A stretch of 64,000 nt of DNA from Clostridiales bacterium (GTDB taxonomy: Bacteria > Bacillota > Clostridia > Saccharofermentanales > Saccharofermentanaceae), in NCBI GenBank assembly GCA_017511005.1, contig JAFWLP010000069.1:1918-65917 (forward strand), read 5' to 3'. Under the pieces are notes generated by a model. That model had not been told where the DNA came from and did no database searches. It saw only the letters and a list, made by a program, of their open reading frames with translations. A program made the translations under genes and the position numbers. Positions 1-10,789 of the stretch are shown in pieces (the first letter of the stretch is position 1; each line of letters opens with the position of its first letter).

Positions 1-1093
1 TGTACTTCATGTTATTGTGTGAAGCAGAAACTTGGAACGTCATTTTAGAAGTCTTTGATCCCGATGCCCCTGAATTGACCCATCCAGAATCCGTCTTATA
101 CTGCCACTGATATGTTAACCAATCGGCATTAGCAAGAACTTCAAATGTTGCCGTGCTTCCGATAGTACCAGCACAATCTTTTGGTTGTTTAACTATATTT
201 AGTATATATGTATCATAATGAATCACAACATTATCATCAAAAGGATAATAGTAATATGTCTGTTCGAACTGAGCACTTGTTCCACCATAATACACATCTG
301 TAAGCGAATCACATTCATAAAATGCAGAGTCGTTAATTGACGTTACACTGACAGGAATTGTGATACTTTTAAGATTTGTACATCCATAAAATGTATAAGA
401 ATAAATCCTACTTACATTATTGGGGATTATAAAACTTTCTAGACTTGAACAACCATAAAAAGCACTATTTTCAATCATATTTATACTGTCTGGCAAATCA
501 ATGCTTACCAAACTTGAACATCCACCAAAAGCGTTTTCTTCAATAGTAGTTATTCCATAAGGTACTGTAACACTTGTAAGGCTGGAACAATTGCCAAAAG
601 TGTTCCAAGGTATACTTGATAATTGGGAAGATAATGACACACTCTCAAGGCTGGTACAACCATCAAAAACACTTACACCAAACTTAGTTACAGAGTTTGG
701 TATCACAATGCTTTTCAAACTTTGACAACCTAAAAAAGCACAACTACCAATATAAGTAACACTCGAAGGAATTGAAACGCTCGTCAGATTTATACAACCA
801 TAAAACGAAGAATCACCGATCGAAGTAATATTGCCTGAAAATACAACTTTTTTAATCTTATCATCATAATCTTCCCATGGACATAAGGAATCAGCTTCAT
901 AGTAAGAAAACTTACACATATCCCCGGAACCGGTAATCCTAAGTGTTCCATTGCTATCCAATGTGTAGGTTATATCCGGACCGCATACACCGGAAGAAAT
1001 CGTATCAGCTAAACAGATATACGAAGGAATAATTGTTAAAACAAAAACTATAGAAAGGACAAATGATGCAAACTTCAATCTTGGATTTCTCAT
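1..1093 (-). CDS. BspA-type leucine-rich-repeat (LRR_5) secreted protein with C-terminal Ig-like repeat; 3' end runs off the window
   Basis: Not in the ORF track. Read manually from ATG 1093 (GAGGTG upstream): MRNPRLKFASFVLSIVFVLTIIPSYICLADTISSGVCG..., then xIPxSVTxIGxxAFxGC repeats, then VKQPKDCAGTIGSTATFEV...TYQWQ...SGASGSKT...HNNMKY. Paralog of 33311-35362. Confidence 0.88.
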   Translation of the reverse strand, partial: MRNPRLKFASFVLSIVFVLTIIPSYICLADTISSGVCGPDITYTLDSNGTLRITGSGDMCKFSYYEADSLCPWEDYDDKIKKVVFSGNITSIGDSSFYGCINLTSVSIPSSVTYIGSCAFLGCQSLKSIVIPNSVTKFGVSVFDGCTSLESVSLSSQLSSIPWNTFGNCSSLTSVTVPYGITTIEENAFGGCSSLVSIDLPDSINMIENSAFYGCSSLESFIIPNNVSRIYSYTFYGCTNLKSITIPVSVTSINDSAFYECDSLTDVYYGGTSAQFEQTYYYYPFDDNVVIHYDTYILNIVKQPKDCAGTIGSTATFEVLANADWLTYQWQYKTDSGWVNSGASGSKTSKMTFQVSASHNNMKY

Positions 1094-1204
1094 AGGTCAC
1101 CTCGCAAAAGAAAATGGATTAGTCTGATTATGTTCTTACCGGCTTATGTGCCGTTACTAAACAATTGTTTATCGTACTGAATATCTGCAAAGAAATAAAA
1201 AATT

Positions 1205-1243
1205 AGTGAACCCCGGAAGTTTTGCGAACTTCCGGGGTTCACT
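1205..1243 (-). terminator. Intrinsic terminator downstream of 1254-4430
   Basis: Perfect 17-bp stem AGTGAACCCCGGAAGTT/AACTTCCGGGGTTCACT with a 5-nt loop and a T-rich tail on the minus strand. Confidence 0.9.
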
Positions 1244-1253
1244 TGATTGGTTG

Positions 1254-4200
1254 TTATACTACCTTAACTGAAACAACGTTTGACGTTACTTTCAGGCCGT
1301 TGCTGTCAGTGATCACGCATCTGTACTTCTTGCCGTTATGATCATTCGTAACCTTGAAATTGATCGTGTTGGTCTTAGATCCGGTTGCACCTGAATTCTT
1401 CCAGGTTCCGTCAGAATACATCTGCCACTGGTATTTCAGTCCCGAACCTGACGCAGTTAAGCTGAACGAAGCAGTGCTTCCTACTCTGCCGGAATAGTTC
1501 ACGGGCTGTTTAGTAATGGTAGGCGGAACCACGACTTTCACGGAAACGACATTTGAGATTACTTTCAGACCATTACTGTCAGTGATAACACATCTGTACT
1601 TCTTGCCGTTATGATCATTAGTGATCGTGAATGATATCTTTGATGTCTTTGCTCCATTAGCACCGGAGTTTCTCCATGTACCGTCAGAGTAAAGCTGCCA
1701 CTGATAATTGAGTCCCGAACCGGAAGCCGTAACTCCGAATGTAGCCGTGCTTCCTGCTGCACCGACATAATTTGTCGGCTGCTTGGTAATCGAAGGCGGC
1801 GTAACAATACGAATGGAAACAGCGTCAGATGTTGTCTTAAGTCCATTTTTGTCAGTGATTATGCATCTGTACTTCATTCCGTTATGATCATTCGTAACCT
1901 TGAACGAGATCGAATTTGTCTTAGATCCTGTGGCACCGGAATTCTTCCATGTTCCGTTGTAAAGCTGCCACTGATATGTAAGTCCGGAACCCGAAGCAGT
2001 TACACTGAAAGTTGCAGTGCTGCCTACAGCACCTACGAAGTTAGCAGGCTGCTTTGTGATCTTCGGAGGATTGAGAATGCTTACGGAAACTGCATTGGTT
2101 ATGGCCTTTATTCCATAACTGTTGGTAACTACGCATCTGTACTTCATTCCGTTGTGATCATTCGTTACTTTGAATGAGATCGTGTTTGTCTTCGAACCGG
2201 TAGCACCTGAATTCCTCCAAGTTCCGTCGGAATAGATCTGCCACTGGTATTTCAGACCCGTTCCCGATGCAGTAACACTGAAAGTAGCCGTGCTTCCGGC
2301 AGCTCCGGAATAGTTCATTGGCTGCTTGGTAATCGTCGGTGGCGTTCCTATGGTTACGGAAACAACATTGGAAGTGACAGTCTCATTCTTCTCATCCTTT
2401 ACGATACATCTGTACTTCTTTCCGTTGTGATCATCTGTAACCTTGAATGTTATCTTGGAAGACTTTGATCCTGTTGCATTGGAATTGGTCCATGCACCAT
2501 TGGAATATACCTGCCACTGATATGTGAGTCCGGTTCCCTGAGCGGTTAAACTGAAAGATGCAGTGCTTCCTGAAGCACCGGTATAGTTAACCGGCTGCTC
2601 TGTTATAGCCAAAGCCAGACTTTCTGTACTTACACTGTCTTCGAGCGCATTTAAGAATTTTCCGTCTTCAGAGATACCACGGACACAATATGAATAAGTA
2701 GTAATATCCGTTGCAGGGATAGGATCAGTGAAAGTCAATGAGGTAGTTTCTTTCAATGCCGTCCAACCACCGGTTGGTGCTTTTCTATAAACCTTATATC
2801 TGGTGGCTCCCTTAACAGTCGACCAGTCTAATTGAAGTCCGGTGGCCACACGCTTCATTGTCATCTTAGGAGCCTGGACCAAAGCTGTCGTTGTTATGAT
2901 CAATGCAGCGTCACGATATAACAAAGAGCTCATCTCATCATCATAGATGTATGTGACGGTTGAACTGTTGCATTTAAATGAATAGCTGTAAGTTGAATTA
3001 GCAGTTGTGGCATTGCGGATAAACAAAAGATCATCTGCTCCGACAGAACCGGTGTCACAGTTGGTTACATCGACAAGATAATTGGTGTTGTTTCCCAAAG
3101 AAACAACATTCCACATATGTCCGCCGGCACCTGAACTGCCCCTGAAATCACCGGTAACGATAATGCAGGTAATCTCACTTGAAGCAAAGGTTGTAAGATC
3201 ACACAGATACTTAAAGGCTTTGGCATAACCTTCACAAACAACGTTTGTGTTAGAATTGCCGTCAAAGACATATACCATCTGCCAGGGATCACCATAATTG
3301 TAACCGCCGGAGGCTGCATAATCATTATAAGAAACAAGCTTGCAGATCTCTTCCTTATACTTTGTCAGCTTCTGAGTATCTGACAAAGATGCATATTTAT
3401 CAACGATCGCCTGAGCATTGGCGGCAGCCTGCTTTGCAGCAGTGACTTTAGTCGACTTGACCTCAAAATCATCAGCGGCATAGTCTGTTGAGACACTAAA
3501 GGAATAAGCTATGCCGTTTACACCGTCTCCAAGTAAATATACTACATATTCACCATTAAGATATTCATAATTGCAACCGTAACGGCTTACGAGAAGTCCC
3601 TCGGTCTTATCATACCAGTAGAGATCAAAAGGAAGATCAACTAAAAGCGTATAAAGAAGGTTATCAACATTGCTGGTTACTCTGTTGGCAATGGCCTGCT
3701 TGGCTTCTGTTGTAAGTTTTCCGTCCTTGACCAAAGTGGAAACTCCCAGATCAGCTGCAGTCAGGTTTCCGCCAACTCCCAACTCGTCAAAAGTAACAAC
3801 AAGCTTTGTGCTTGTGCGTCTGCCATAAGCTACATCACCGATCTGTTTCTTAAGGGAATTATATGTCTTTGAATCTACACCGGTAAAAGAATAACGGTAA
3901 TATCCTGAAGAATTGGATGACAAGCCCATACAGGGATTAAGAATCGGACATTCGTCAGGAGTAACCAGCTTCTCTTCAGAGATGATCTCAAAATTGCCCT
4001 GAGCCTGATCAAGGGGCAAAGTCTCCTGAACTATGGCAGTATCATCTTCATCCGTTCTTGAATTGAAATCATTGGTAATCCTGTCAGCCTCGGATAAGGA
4101 ATCGACTCCGCCGTTCTCATCTTCTTCATGATCCAAAGAGATATCACCTGACAGCTCATTGTCAGAGCCGATAACTGCTGCACCATCAGAATCCTCATCA

Positions 4201-4430
4201 TTATTATGTGAAGAATTCCACAGATCACCGATCTCACTGCCGGACTCATCATCAATCAGCAGATCATCACCACCACTGGTGAGGTCAAAGCTATCCTGAA
4301 CACTGCTTCCTAGCTGTTCGTCATCAAACGATGATACCTCATCAGCATAGATCAACCCGCTGATCGATGATAGAACAATGAAGCAGGATAAAAATGCTGA
4401 TACTATCTTTGAATTTATGTGCTTTTTCAT
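1254..4430 (-). CDS. Secreted transglutaminase-like (Cys-His-Asp) protein with acidic N-terminus, FN3-like segment and 5 C-terminal Ig-like repeats
   Basis: Signal peptide; D/E-rich region; VVCEGYAKAFKYLCD, GHMWNVV and LVDVT triad motifs; five ITKQP...YQWQ...HNGxKYRC repeats; GGAGG RBS. Confidence 0.85.
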   Translation of the reverse strand: MKKHINSKIVSAFLSCFIVLSSISGLIYADEVSSFDDEQLGSSVQDSFDLTSGGDDLLIDDESGSEIGDLWNSSHNNDEDSDGAAVIGSDNELSGDISLDHEEDENGGVDSLSEADRITNDFNSRTDEDDTAIVQETLPLDQAQGNFEIISEEKLVTPDECPILNPCMGLSSNSSGYYRYSFTGVDSKTYNSLKKQIGDVAYGRRTSTKLVVTFDELGVGGNLTAADLGVSTLVKDGKLTTEAKQAIANRVTSNVDNLLYTLLVDLPFDLYWYDKTEGLLVSRYGCNYEYLNGEYVVYLLGDGVNGIAYSFSVSTDYAADDFEVKSTKVTAAKQAAANAQAIVDKYASLSDTQKLTKYKEEICKLVSYNDYAASGGYNYGDPWQMVYVFDGNSNTNVVCEGYAKAFKYLCDLTTFASSEITCIIVTGDFRGSSGAGGHMWNVVSLGNNTNYLVDVTNCDTGSVGADDLLFIRNATTANSTYSYSFKCNSSTVTYIYDDEMSSLLYRDAALIITTTALVQAPKMTMKRVATGLQLDWSTVKGATRYKVYRKAPTGGWTALKETTSLTFTDPIPATDITTYSYCVRGISEDGKFLNALEDSVSTESLALAITEQPVNYTGASGSTASFSLTAQGTGLTYQWQVYSNGAWTNSNATGSKSSKITFKVTDDHNGKKYRCIVKDEKNETVTSNVVSVTIGTPPTITKQPMNYSGAAGSTATFSVTASGTGLKYQWQIYSDGTWRNSGATGSKTNTISFKVTNDHNGMKYRCVVTNSYGIKAITNAVSVSILNPPKITKQPANFVGAVGSTATFSVTASGSGLTYQWQLYNGTWKNSGATGSKTNSISFKVTNDHNGMKYRCIITDKNGLKTTSDAVSIRIVTPPSITKQPTNYVGAAGSTATFGVTASGSGLNYQWQLYSDGTWRNSGANGAKTSKISFTITNDHNGKKYRCVITDSNGLKVISNVVSVKVVVPPTITKQPVNYSGRVGSTASFSLTASGSGLKYQWQMYSDGTWKNSGATGSKTNTINFKVTNDHNGKKYRCVITDSNGLKVTSNVVSVKVV
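1257..2612 (-). repeat. Five tandem ~88-90-aa Ig-like coding repeats
   Basis: Repeats are visible at protein and DNA level (e.g. recurring catctgtacttc, ctgccactg on the + strand). Confidence 0.9.
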
Positions 4431-4620
4431 AAAGACCTCCCAAGCAATTCCGTCAAAACAATCTGATAATATAAAATAATTTAACTAAGAATATACCTTT
4501 ACTTATTAATAAAAATAACACTTTGAATATACCATTACAATCAATAATAGATATCGTAAGCAGATATTTTCAAAATGTTATTTGATAATTAATAATTGTT
4601 CTGTCAGCAGATTAAACGGT

Positions 4621-5697
4621 TCAGCCCGCATTTTTAGTACTGAGACGGGATGTTGCCTTCTTGAACAGCGAGTACAGCTTTTCCCATACCAAAACAGCGA
4701 TTGCAGTGCAAATTATAACGACTGCAAAAGCCAGCAGCTCATTCTTGATGACCTGGGTGATAACTCCAATGACGATCTGATGGATAAGATACCAGTCAAA
4801 ACTGTACAGCCCCATCAAACCTATGCATTTAACTACAGACGGAGATGCTTTCAAAGGCAGCAACGCACATATATAGAGACAACAACAGCAGGAAATGCTA
4901 TAGAAAACCTTATAATACTCCTTAGGAATAACCGTTTTGCTTGCAATACAGGCGAAAATAAGAACTAACAGACCAATATAGTATAAAACTGCCGGTTTGT
5001 TCTGGATCTTAGCCTTAATATTCAGGCCGTAATCCACAAAGACCGAACCTGCAATTACACCCAGAACATAATCCAGAGTCCTGAACCACGGACATACATA
5101 ACAGAACCAATGAACATTACTGCTATCCTGAAAAATAGTAATCCAGATCAGTTCTACGGCAACTATGCACACAAACAATACGAAGCGTTTACTTACCTTC
5201 ATTCTCTTAATGACATATACAAGCGGTATTTCTATGATTGAAAACAGCAGATACAGGGTGAGATACCAGGATAATTTGTTAAACGAATAATAGATCGACC
5301 TGATTGGAACGAAGCCCTGTAGCAAGAGCACATTAAGAGGCAAGGCTATACCGTCAGTGCTCTCAAATGAATGGGTTACGAATTTATAAGCCAATACTGC
5401 GAGCAATGAAACAATATGCAAAGGATATACCTTTGAAACGCGCTTTTTGGTGTTGGCAACAATCCCGCGAAAGCTTACACGGTCAATCTTATCGTTATAT
5501 GCATTCAAAAAACCTGAAATGACAATAAACAACGCAACACTGAAGTTACCGGAACCCAGGAACAACTGCTTTACCGGCTGGATACCTGCGGACTGAAAAT
5601 CCATATGATAGACAGTTATCAGAATGGCACCGATGATCCTTAAGATATTTACGGATTCAAGCCGCGGCATTGACGTTTTAGGTTTTGCGTATTCCAT
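4621..5697 (-). CDS. Acyltransferase-3 family membrane O-acyltransferase (polysaccharide O-acetylation)
   Basis: RLESVNILR, HMD, FIVISGF, KRVSKVYP and SWYL motifs; ~10 TM segments. Confidence 0.85.
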   Translation of the reverse strand: MEYAKPKTSMPRLESVNILRIIGAILITVYHMDFQSAGIQPVKQLFLGSGNFSVALFIVISGFLNAYNDKIDRVSFRGIVANTKKRVSKVYPLHIVSLLAVLAYKFVTHSFESTDGIALPLNVLLLQGFVPIRSIYYSFNKLSWYLTLYLLFSIIEIPLVYVIKRMKVSKRFVLFVCIVAVELIWITIFQDSSNVHWFCYVCPWFRTLDYVLGVIAGSVFVDYGLNIKAKIQNKPAVLYYIGLLVLIFACIASKTVIPKEYYKVFYSISCCCCLYICALLPLKASPSVVKCIGLMGLYSFDWYLIHQIVIGVITQVIKNELLAFAVVIICTAIAVLVWEKLYSLFKKATSRLSTKNAG

Positions 5698-5783
5698 TGT
5701 TTATCTCCTGCTAAATGATCAGTCTGACCGGGATTAAAACTCCTACTATATTACTTTCAATTCGTGACAGTTCACAAAGATAC

Positions 5784-7211
5784 CTATTCCTTACTTTTTC
5801 CCAAACGGGATTTTATCATCTTCTTTGCCTTACCTGTTACAGTCCTTACAAAACCCATATTCAAAGCAAAGAACAGGATGATACCGATTATCAAGTTCAG
5901 AATATTCAGCGGGAGATTGTTGATAAAGCATAATACGCTTTCCACAACCATAATAAAGACCACCAGAATGACATGCTTTACATCATATTTGATCTTTATG
6001 ATCTTCTGAACGTCTATAATCCTGTAAATAAACAGGAATACATAACTGACCAGAGTCGAGATGGATGCCGCATATAATCCGATCCAGTGAATCGTTGCGA
6101 CATCAATTACAAGATTGATTATAGCCGCTATAGTCGTTGTAACCCCTACACTCTTTGACTTCATATACGCAACATAGATACCGCCGAGGAAAGTGGCCAT
6201 GCCGAAGAAGAATGTGGCGAAGAACAGGATCGGGATCTGATTATATGCTTCTGAATAATCACCTTTGATAAGTAAAATAAACAAAACCGGTGTTGATGCG
6301 ATCAGGACACCGAAAAAGCCGGCCATAAGATCGAACATAGTCTTGAACATGGCTGAATAATACTCACCTGCATCTTTATCCTTGGAAACAACAGAAGCAT
6401 TTTCCTGCCAGGCGAGAGTGAATGTATTTTGAACCAGATTCAGCATACTGGGTATCTTGTTAGCTACTGAATATACCGCATTGGCAGCAACTCCCATAAA
6501 GATCGTAACTACGAAACGGTCAGAAACACGCATTATCCATGCAGACATGCTGTTGGGAACCATAGGCCAGGAATAATTCAGCATCTGTTTCAAAGTAGAC
6601 TTACTTAAGCATTTAAGGTCAATATACTTATAAATCTTTGCTTTGAAGAACAGAAATACAAATGAGACAAATGATGCGGCAAACAGTGAGATAACGGTAC
6701 CAAGAAGACCTATCTTAAGCCAATAAACACATATTACGGCGAAAATGACTTTTCCAAGTGCGGAAATGATCGCACTGATCGAATAATCAAGATTGTTGTC
6801 AATTCCTCTGCAAACCTGACGGATGGCATTAACTGCGATATCTGCGAAAAAATATAAACATATATAGATCCGCACAATAGGCTCCATACCGAACAGGAAA
6901 AAATACATGATGAACAGAGCTAACAGCGATATCGGAATAATAAAACAAAGTATATTTGTTACTATCTTCTTTATTTCTTTTGGATCATGACGCACTTCGA
7001 TCAGGAAACGAAAAGCAGCCGTATGGATCTGCAGAGTTGCCGAAGGAAGAACCAGAGATACCAATACCGTAATGAGATCATACGTTCCCATTTCTTTTTT
7101 GGTAAGACAATCGGTCAGTATCGGTAAGGTGATTATAGAAGCAAATTTAGGCAGAAAAGTACCTATTGCAATTATAAAAGTATTTTTTGCGAGTTTCCCT
7201 TCCCTGCTCAT
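5784..7211 (-). CDS. wzx: Wzx flippase (cluster 1)
   Basis: LAKNT start, MGTYDL, YSWPMVPN, SDRF and YSVANKIP motifs; multi-TM. Confidence 0.88.
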   Translation of the reverse strand: MSREGKLAKNTFIIAIGTFLPKFASIITLPILTDCLTKKEMGTYDLITVLVSLVLPSATLQIHTAAFRFLIEVRHDPKEIKKIVTNILCFIIPISLLALFIMYFFLFGMEPIVRIYICLYFFADIAVNAIRQVCRGIDNNLDYSISAIISALGKVIFAVICVYWLKIGLLGTVISLFAASFVSFVFLFFKAKIYKYIDLKCLSKSTLKQMLNYSWPMVPNSMSAWIMRVSDRFVVTIFMGVAANAVYSVANKIPSMLNLVQNTFTLAWQENASVVSKDKDAGEYYSAMFKTMFDLMAGFFGVLIASTPVLFILLIKGDYSEAYNQIPILFFATFFFGMATFLGGIYVAYMKSKSVGVTTTIAAIINLVIDVATIHWIGLYAASISTLVSYVFLFIYRIIDVQKIIKIKYDVKHVILVVFIMVVESVLCFINNLPLNILNLIIGIILFFALNMGFVRTVTGKAKKMIKSRLGKSKE

Positions 7212-7223
7212 CTGCCTGTTTCC

Positions 7224-8354
7224 TTATGAATCCGCTAACAAAGAATCTAAGCCCTCAAAATGTCTGGATGAATCCTCTTTGAAAAATGAGATGTTATCCA
7301 GCTTCTTCGCCTGGTCGATTACATAATCAGGATCATATTGATCAATATCTTCGATATCCACACAGCAACCGTCAAAACCGGCATCAACAATAACCTGTCT
7401 CATCTTGTTGCCATACACGATAGGAACAACATTTCTCTCAAATGCCCAGCCGAGTATCATGGAATGGAATCTTGTAGCTATAACAAGATCACTATTCCTT
7501 AATACGGAAAGAGACTCATCAATATCGTTATGGATAAACTTACTGGTATTATTAAACTTATTGTTGTTAATAATCCGGTCGATCGCTTCATCATCACCCT
7601 CGGAAGTGCAGAATCCCATTAACACAACAGAATATCCACGCTGTTCCAGCTTAGTAATGAGTCTTGCAATCCATGTCTCATATATCTCCAGAGTGACCTT
7701 CTCAAATTTTCTTGAGACGCTGTTATAATTCAGGTTTATTACTGAAACTACGGCATAAGGCTTATTTTTCTGAAAACTTAATGACTTACCTTTATTCTCC
7801 GGACAGTAGGAATCGACCCCGAATATTATGTCTGAAGCTGACCTGACATTATCGTAAGGAAAATACGATCTTGACTGCTTGTCTCTGAAGCAGACATCCG
7901 TCAGTTCCTTGAAAAACAATTTGTAACTGTCATAGAACTCCTGCTCTGTGAACGGTCCAAAGTTGTTTCCAACAGCGAATCTGTTCTTAAAAAGCGAATT
8001 TATCTTCATCCGGCGCTTAAAGACTTTTCTCCAGTTGCTTTCCTGTTGATAAAGTGAGCCGCCGAGATAAACAACGGTATCCGCAAGCTTAGACATTTTC
8101 ACGAAGATATAATCCGGATGATTTAACTTGCGGTAAACAAGATTGAGTGCTTTCGTGATCAGACCGTTCTTCAGATGAATAACAAGATTATCAATATCTG
8201 AATATGAATTCATATATTCTCTGTCTGCCATCACATGAAAGGTGCAGTCCGGATATCTGTTAGTGATTGCTTTCAGAAAAAGATCATCGCCCAGATTTCT
8301 TTTCCAGGCTCCATAGAGAAAAACCGAATGTTTTGATTTATCTTGCATGAACAA
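7224..8354 (-). CDS. Polysaccharide pyruvyl transferase family protein
   Basis: NLGDDL, LGGS, NNFGP, FRD and ATRFHSMI motifs. Confidence 0.85.
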   Translation of the reverse strand: MFMQDKSKHSVFLYGAWKRNLGDDLFLKAITNRYPDCTFHVMADREYMNSYSDIDNLVIHLKNGLITKALNLVYRKLNHPDYIFVKMSKLADTVVYLGGSLYQQESNWRKVFKRRMKINSLFKNRFAVGNNFGPFTEQEFYDSYKLFFKELTDVCFRDKQSRSYFPYDNVRSASDIIFGVDSYCPENKGKSLSFQKNKPYAVVSVINLNYNSVSRKFEKVTLEIYETWIARLITKLEQRGYSVVLMGFCTSEGDDEAIDRIINNNKFNNTSKFIHNDIDESLSVLRNSDLVIATRFHSMILGWAFERNVVPIVYGNKMRQVIVDAGFDGCCVDIEDIDQYDPDYVIDQAKKLDNISFFKEDSSRHFEGLDSLLADS

Positions 8355-8355
8355 C

Positions 8356-9627
8356 TTATCCTCTGACTTCTGTCAATTGATTATCAGGTATCGGATTCGG
8401 ATCGGGTGCAGTTTTGGTCAGCTGCATTACAACTCCGCAGATAATATAAAAGATCAGCATGGTTCTCGGGTCAAACAAAGTAACATGAACAAATGAGTCA
8501 ATAAATAAAAGTGTAAGTATCATCAGGAAGTACTTAACGATCTTATAGGTCTTATTCTCACTATAGTTGCGGTACTTGAAGAAATAAGAAACGGCCTTTA
8601 TATATGTTGCTAACCACGGAAGCGTAATAATAATAGTACCAAAGATACCATTCTCGGCGATCAACTGGAGATAAAGATTATGTGTGTGCAGGTATTTATT
8701 GAATAAGCTGTGGGTATGATACCGGAATTCATACCAACCAATTCCAAACAACCAATTGGATTTAAAATCAGCTATGGCAACTTCCCGCAATTGATTTCTT
8801 GTGTCATCAATGATCGCACCTTCTTTTACTTTATTTATAAGGATCTGGAACTTATCGATGATACGAAGAGACAAATTACTATACATAATAAACAGATAAA
8901 GCAGGTAAAGAACACCTAATGCCAAAATGACATTTCTTATCGTCTTTTTTCCGCCATAAAAAAGCACGGCAACAAATGGGAATACCAGCATTGAGCTTCG
9001 GCTTCCTGAAAGGAATGAGGCAGTGAACAGAACCGCCAAAATAACGAGATTAAATATCTTCTGCTTTTTGGTGGAATCCTTTTGTACAGATAAAATGTAG
9101 CCGCCCCCCAAAAACAGCAACAATGATGTATACCAAACATAATTGGTAATACCCAAATATCTGCCATTTCTCAAAAATGAATGAATATCAACAAGATCAT
9201 CAGGAGCCAATCTCTGGAAAATAGGAATAATAAAGTTTGGAGGTATTAATTCAAATAAAATGGTTATTCCCGAGATCAGACCCAAGACAGCAAATATCTT
9301 AAACTGATTATAAATAACAAGACACGATTCTTTGGGAATGCATATCAAGACCATTAAACCTAAAATAGAATTCAGAAGATAAAACAACAGATTGTAGTCG
9401 AAAGTACGTGAATTCAATATGATATAAACAGTTGATACAATCCACAGAAACTGTAACAAACTGATCTTTCCCATGAATTTGCGGGCAAAAAAGACCGATA
9501 TCAATACAAGCTCAACAGCAAGGAGAGCGTATAAGATAGTTATATTTAAAAATCCTATGGTAATAGATGCTGCAAGTAGAATGATTATTAATTTTATAGC
9601 TGATTTTTCATTAAACTTAATACTCAT
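8356..9627 (-). CDS. wzy: Wzy polymerase / O-antigen-ligase family membrane protein (cluster 1)
   Basis: Multi-TM; SGSRS, FGIGW and HTHNLYLQLIAENGIFG (Wzy_C) motifs. Confidence 0.78.
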   Translation of the reverse strand: MSIKFNEKSAIKLIIILLAASITIGFLNITILYALLAVELVLISVFFARKFMGKISLLQFLWIVSTVYIILNSRTFDYNLLFYLLNSILGLMVLICIPKESCLVIYNQFKIFAVLGLISGITILFELIPPNFIIPIFQRLAPDDLVDIHSFLRNGRYLGITNYVWYTSLLLFLGGGYILSVQKDSTKKQKIFNLVILAVLFTASFLSGSRSSMLVFPFVAVLFYGGKKTIRNVILALGVLYLLYLFIMYSNLSLRIIDKFQILINKVKEGAIIDDTRNQLREVAIADFKSNWLFGIGWYEFRYHTHSLFNKYLHTHNLYLQLIAENGIFGTIIITLPWLATYIKAVSYFFKYRNYSENKTYKIVKYFLMILTLLFIDSFVHVTLFDPRTMLIFYIICGVVMQLTKTAPDPNPIPDNQLTEVRG

Positions 9628-9698
9628 CCTAATTCACCCATCTGTATTCACTAATGAACTTTAGAATTACTCCTGTCAATTATTCTTTAGTAGATCAA

Positions 9699-10724
9699 TT
9701 ACAGTTCAAAGCTGCTCTTCTCAGGGAAGATATATTCGAATTCCGAATTGATCAGATTCTTAACACTCTCAAAATCATCAACTGATTCGTCATCGTTTAT
9801 GCACATCATCTTACCTTTTCTATTATGGATGTACTTTGCGATCTTATTGTTATTCTTGGCTGTATTTCCAGCTTTAAAACGCTCACCGTATAATGATGTC
9901 GGGCAGAAATTGCCGCTGGCAAGCTGCCAGAACCTGAAGATATACTGATTTACATCATTATTATCCCTGAATCTGTGAGAACTTGTCTCTTTAAGGATCT
10001 CCGGCTCTTCTTCCCAGACTTTAAGAAGCGTGGATTTAAGAAATGCCTGAGGAAGATGATGATTATAAAAACCTGTATAATCCTCCCACTTCAGAAACAT
10101 AAAGAAGCTTACCAGGCCTGCAAACCCGTACTTAAGATTCAAAAACTGACCCGGGCGTTCCTTAATACTCTTACGTTTGCTGAAATGATTATTGATATAC
10201 GCAACCGTTTTAAATACGATCGGAGTAAAACTAACCCTGTACGGGACAATAAGGTTCTGAATGTTTACATCGCACGGCACGCCGTTCCTGAAGAAATCTT
10301 CCGGCTTAAGAGGCCTGAGGAAAAACATATCGTCATTAAAATATATGAATTGTTCGCTGAGATCCGGGATCCTGTGCATGTTCAGCTCTATAACATGTGA
10401 ACTGAACGTGGGGAGGTATTCAGCGGGAATATAGTCTTTATGATCGACAAGATGCAGTTTGGGATTATTGACATTCATCCAGGACGGAACCTGTCCGCAT
10501 GTGACAAAATGCACTTTTCTTACCCAGGGAGCGCATTTCTCAATGCCTCTGAATACATATTTTAAGTTATCCCAGTCTCTGTAACGTATCTCCCTGACAT
10601 CTTCCTCATCATTGGAATGCTGCTGGTATTTTCTTTTTTCCGCCTGCCAGGCAGGATCATTAGGATCTACCCAGGGGATAACTATATCTATAGAATTATC
10701 TGCTAATGCTTCCTTGTCGCTCAT
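9699..10724 (-). CDS. Stealth-family hexose-1-phosphate transferase
   Basis: CR1 IDIVIPWVDPNDPAW; CR2 LKYVFRGIEKCAPWVRKVHFVT, PTFSSHVIE and FNDD; CINDD. Confidence 0.92.
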   Translation of the reverse strand: MSDKEALADNSIDIVIPWVDPNDPAWQAEKRKYQQHSNDEEDVREIRYRDWDNLKYVFRGIEKCAPWVRKVHFVTCGQVPSWMNVNNPKLHLVDHKDYIPAEYLPTFSSHVIELNMHRIPDLSEQFIYFNDDMFFLRPLKPEDFFRNGVPCDVNIQNLIVPYRVSFTPIVFKTVAYINNHFSKRKSIKERPGQFLNLKYGFAGLVSFFMFLKWEDYTGFYNHHLPQAFLKSTLLKVWEEEPEILKETSSHRFRDNNDVNQYIFRFWQLASGNFCPTSLYGERFKAGNTAKNNNKIAKYIHNRKGKMMCINDDESVDDFESVKNLINSEFEYIFPEKSSFEL

Positions 10725-10789
10725 TTAAACATTCTTCCTCAATATACAAAATTATGATGAACACTATAATACATAAAGATCATCAAAAA

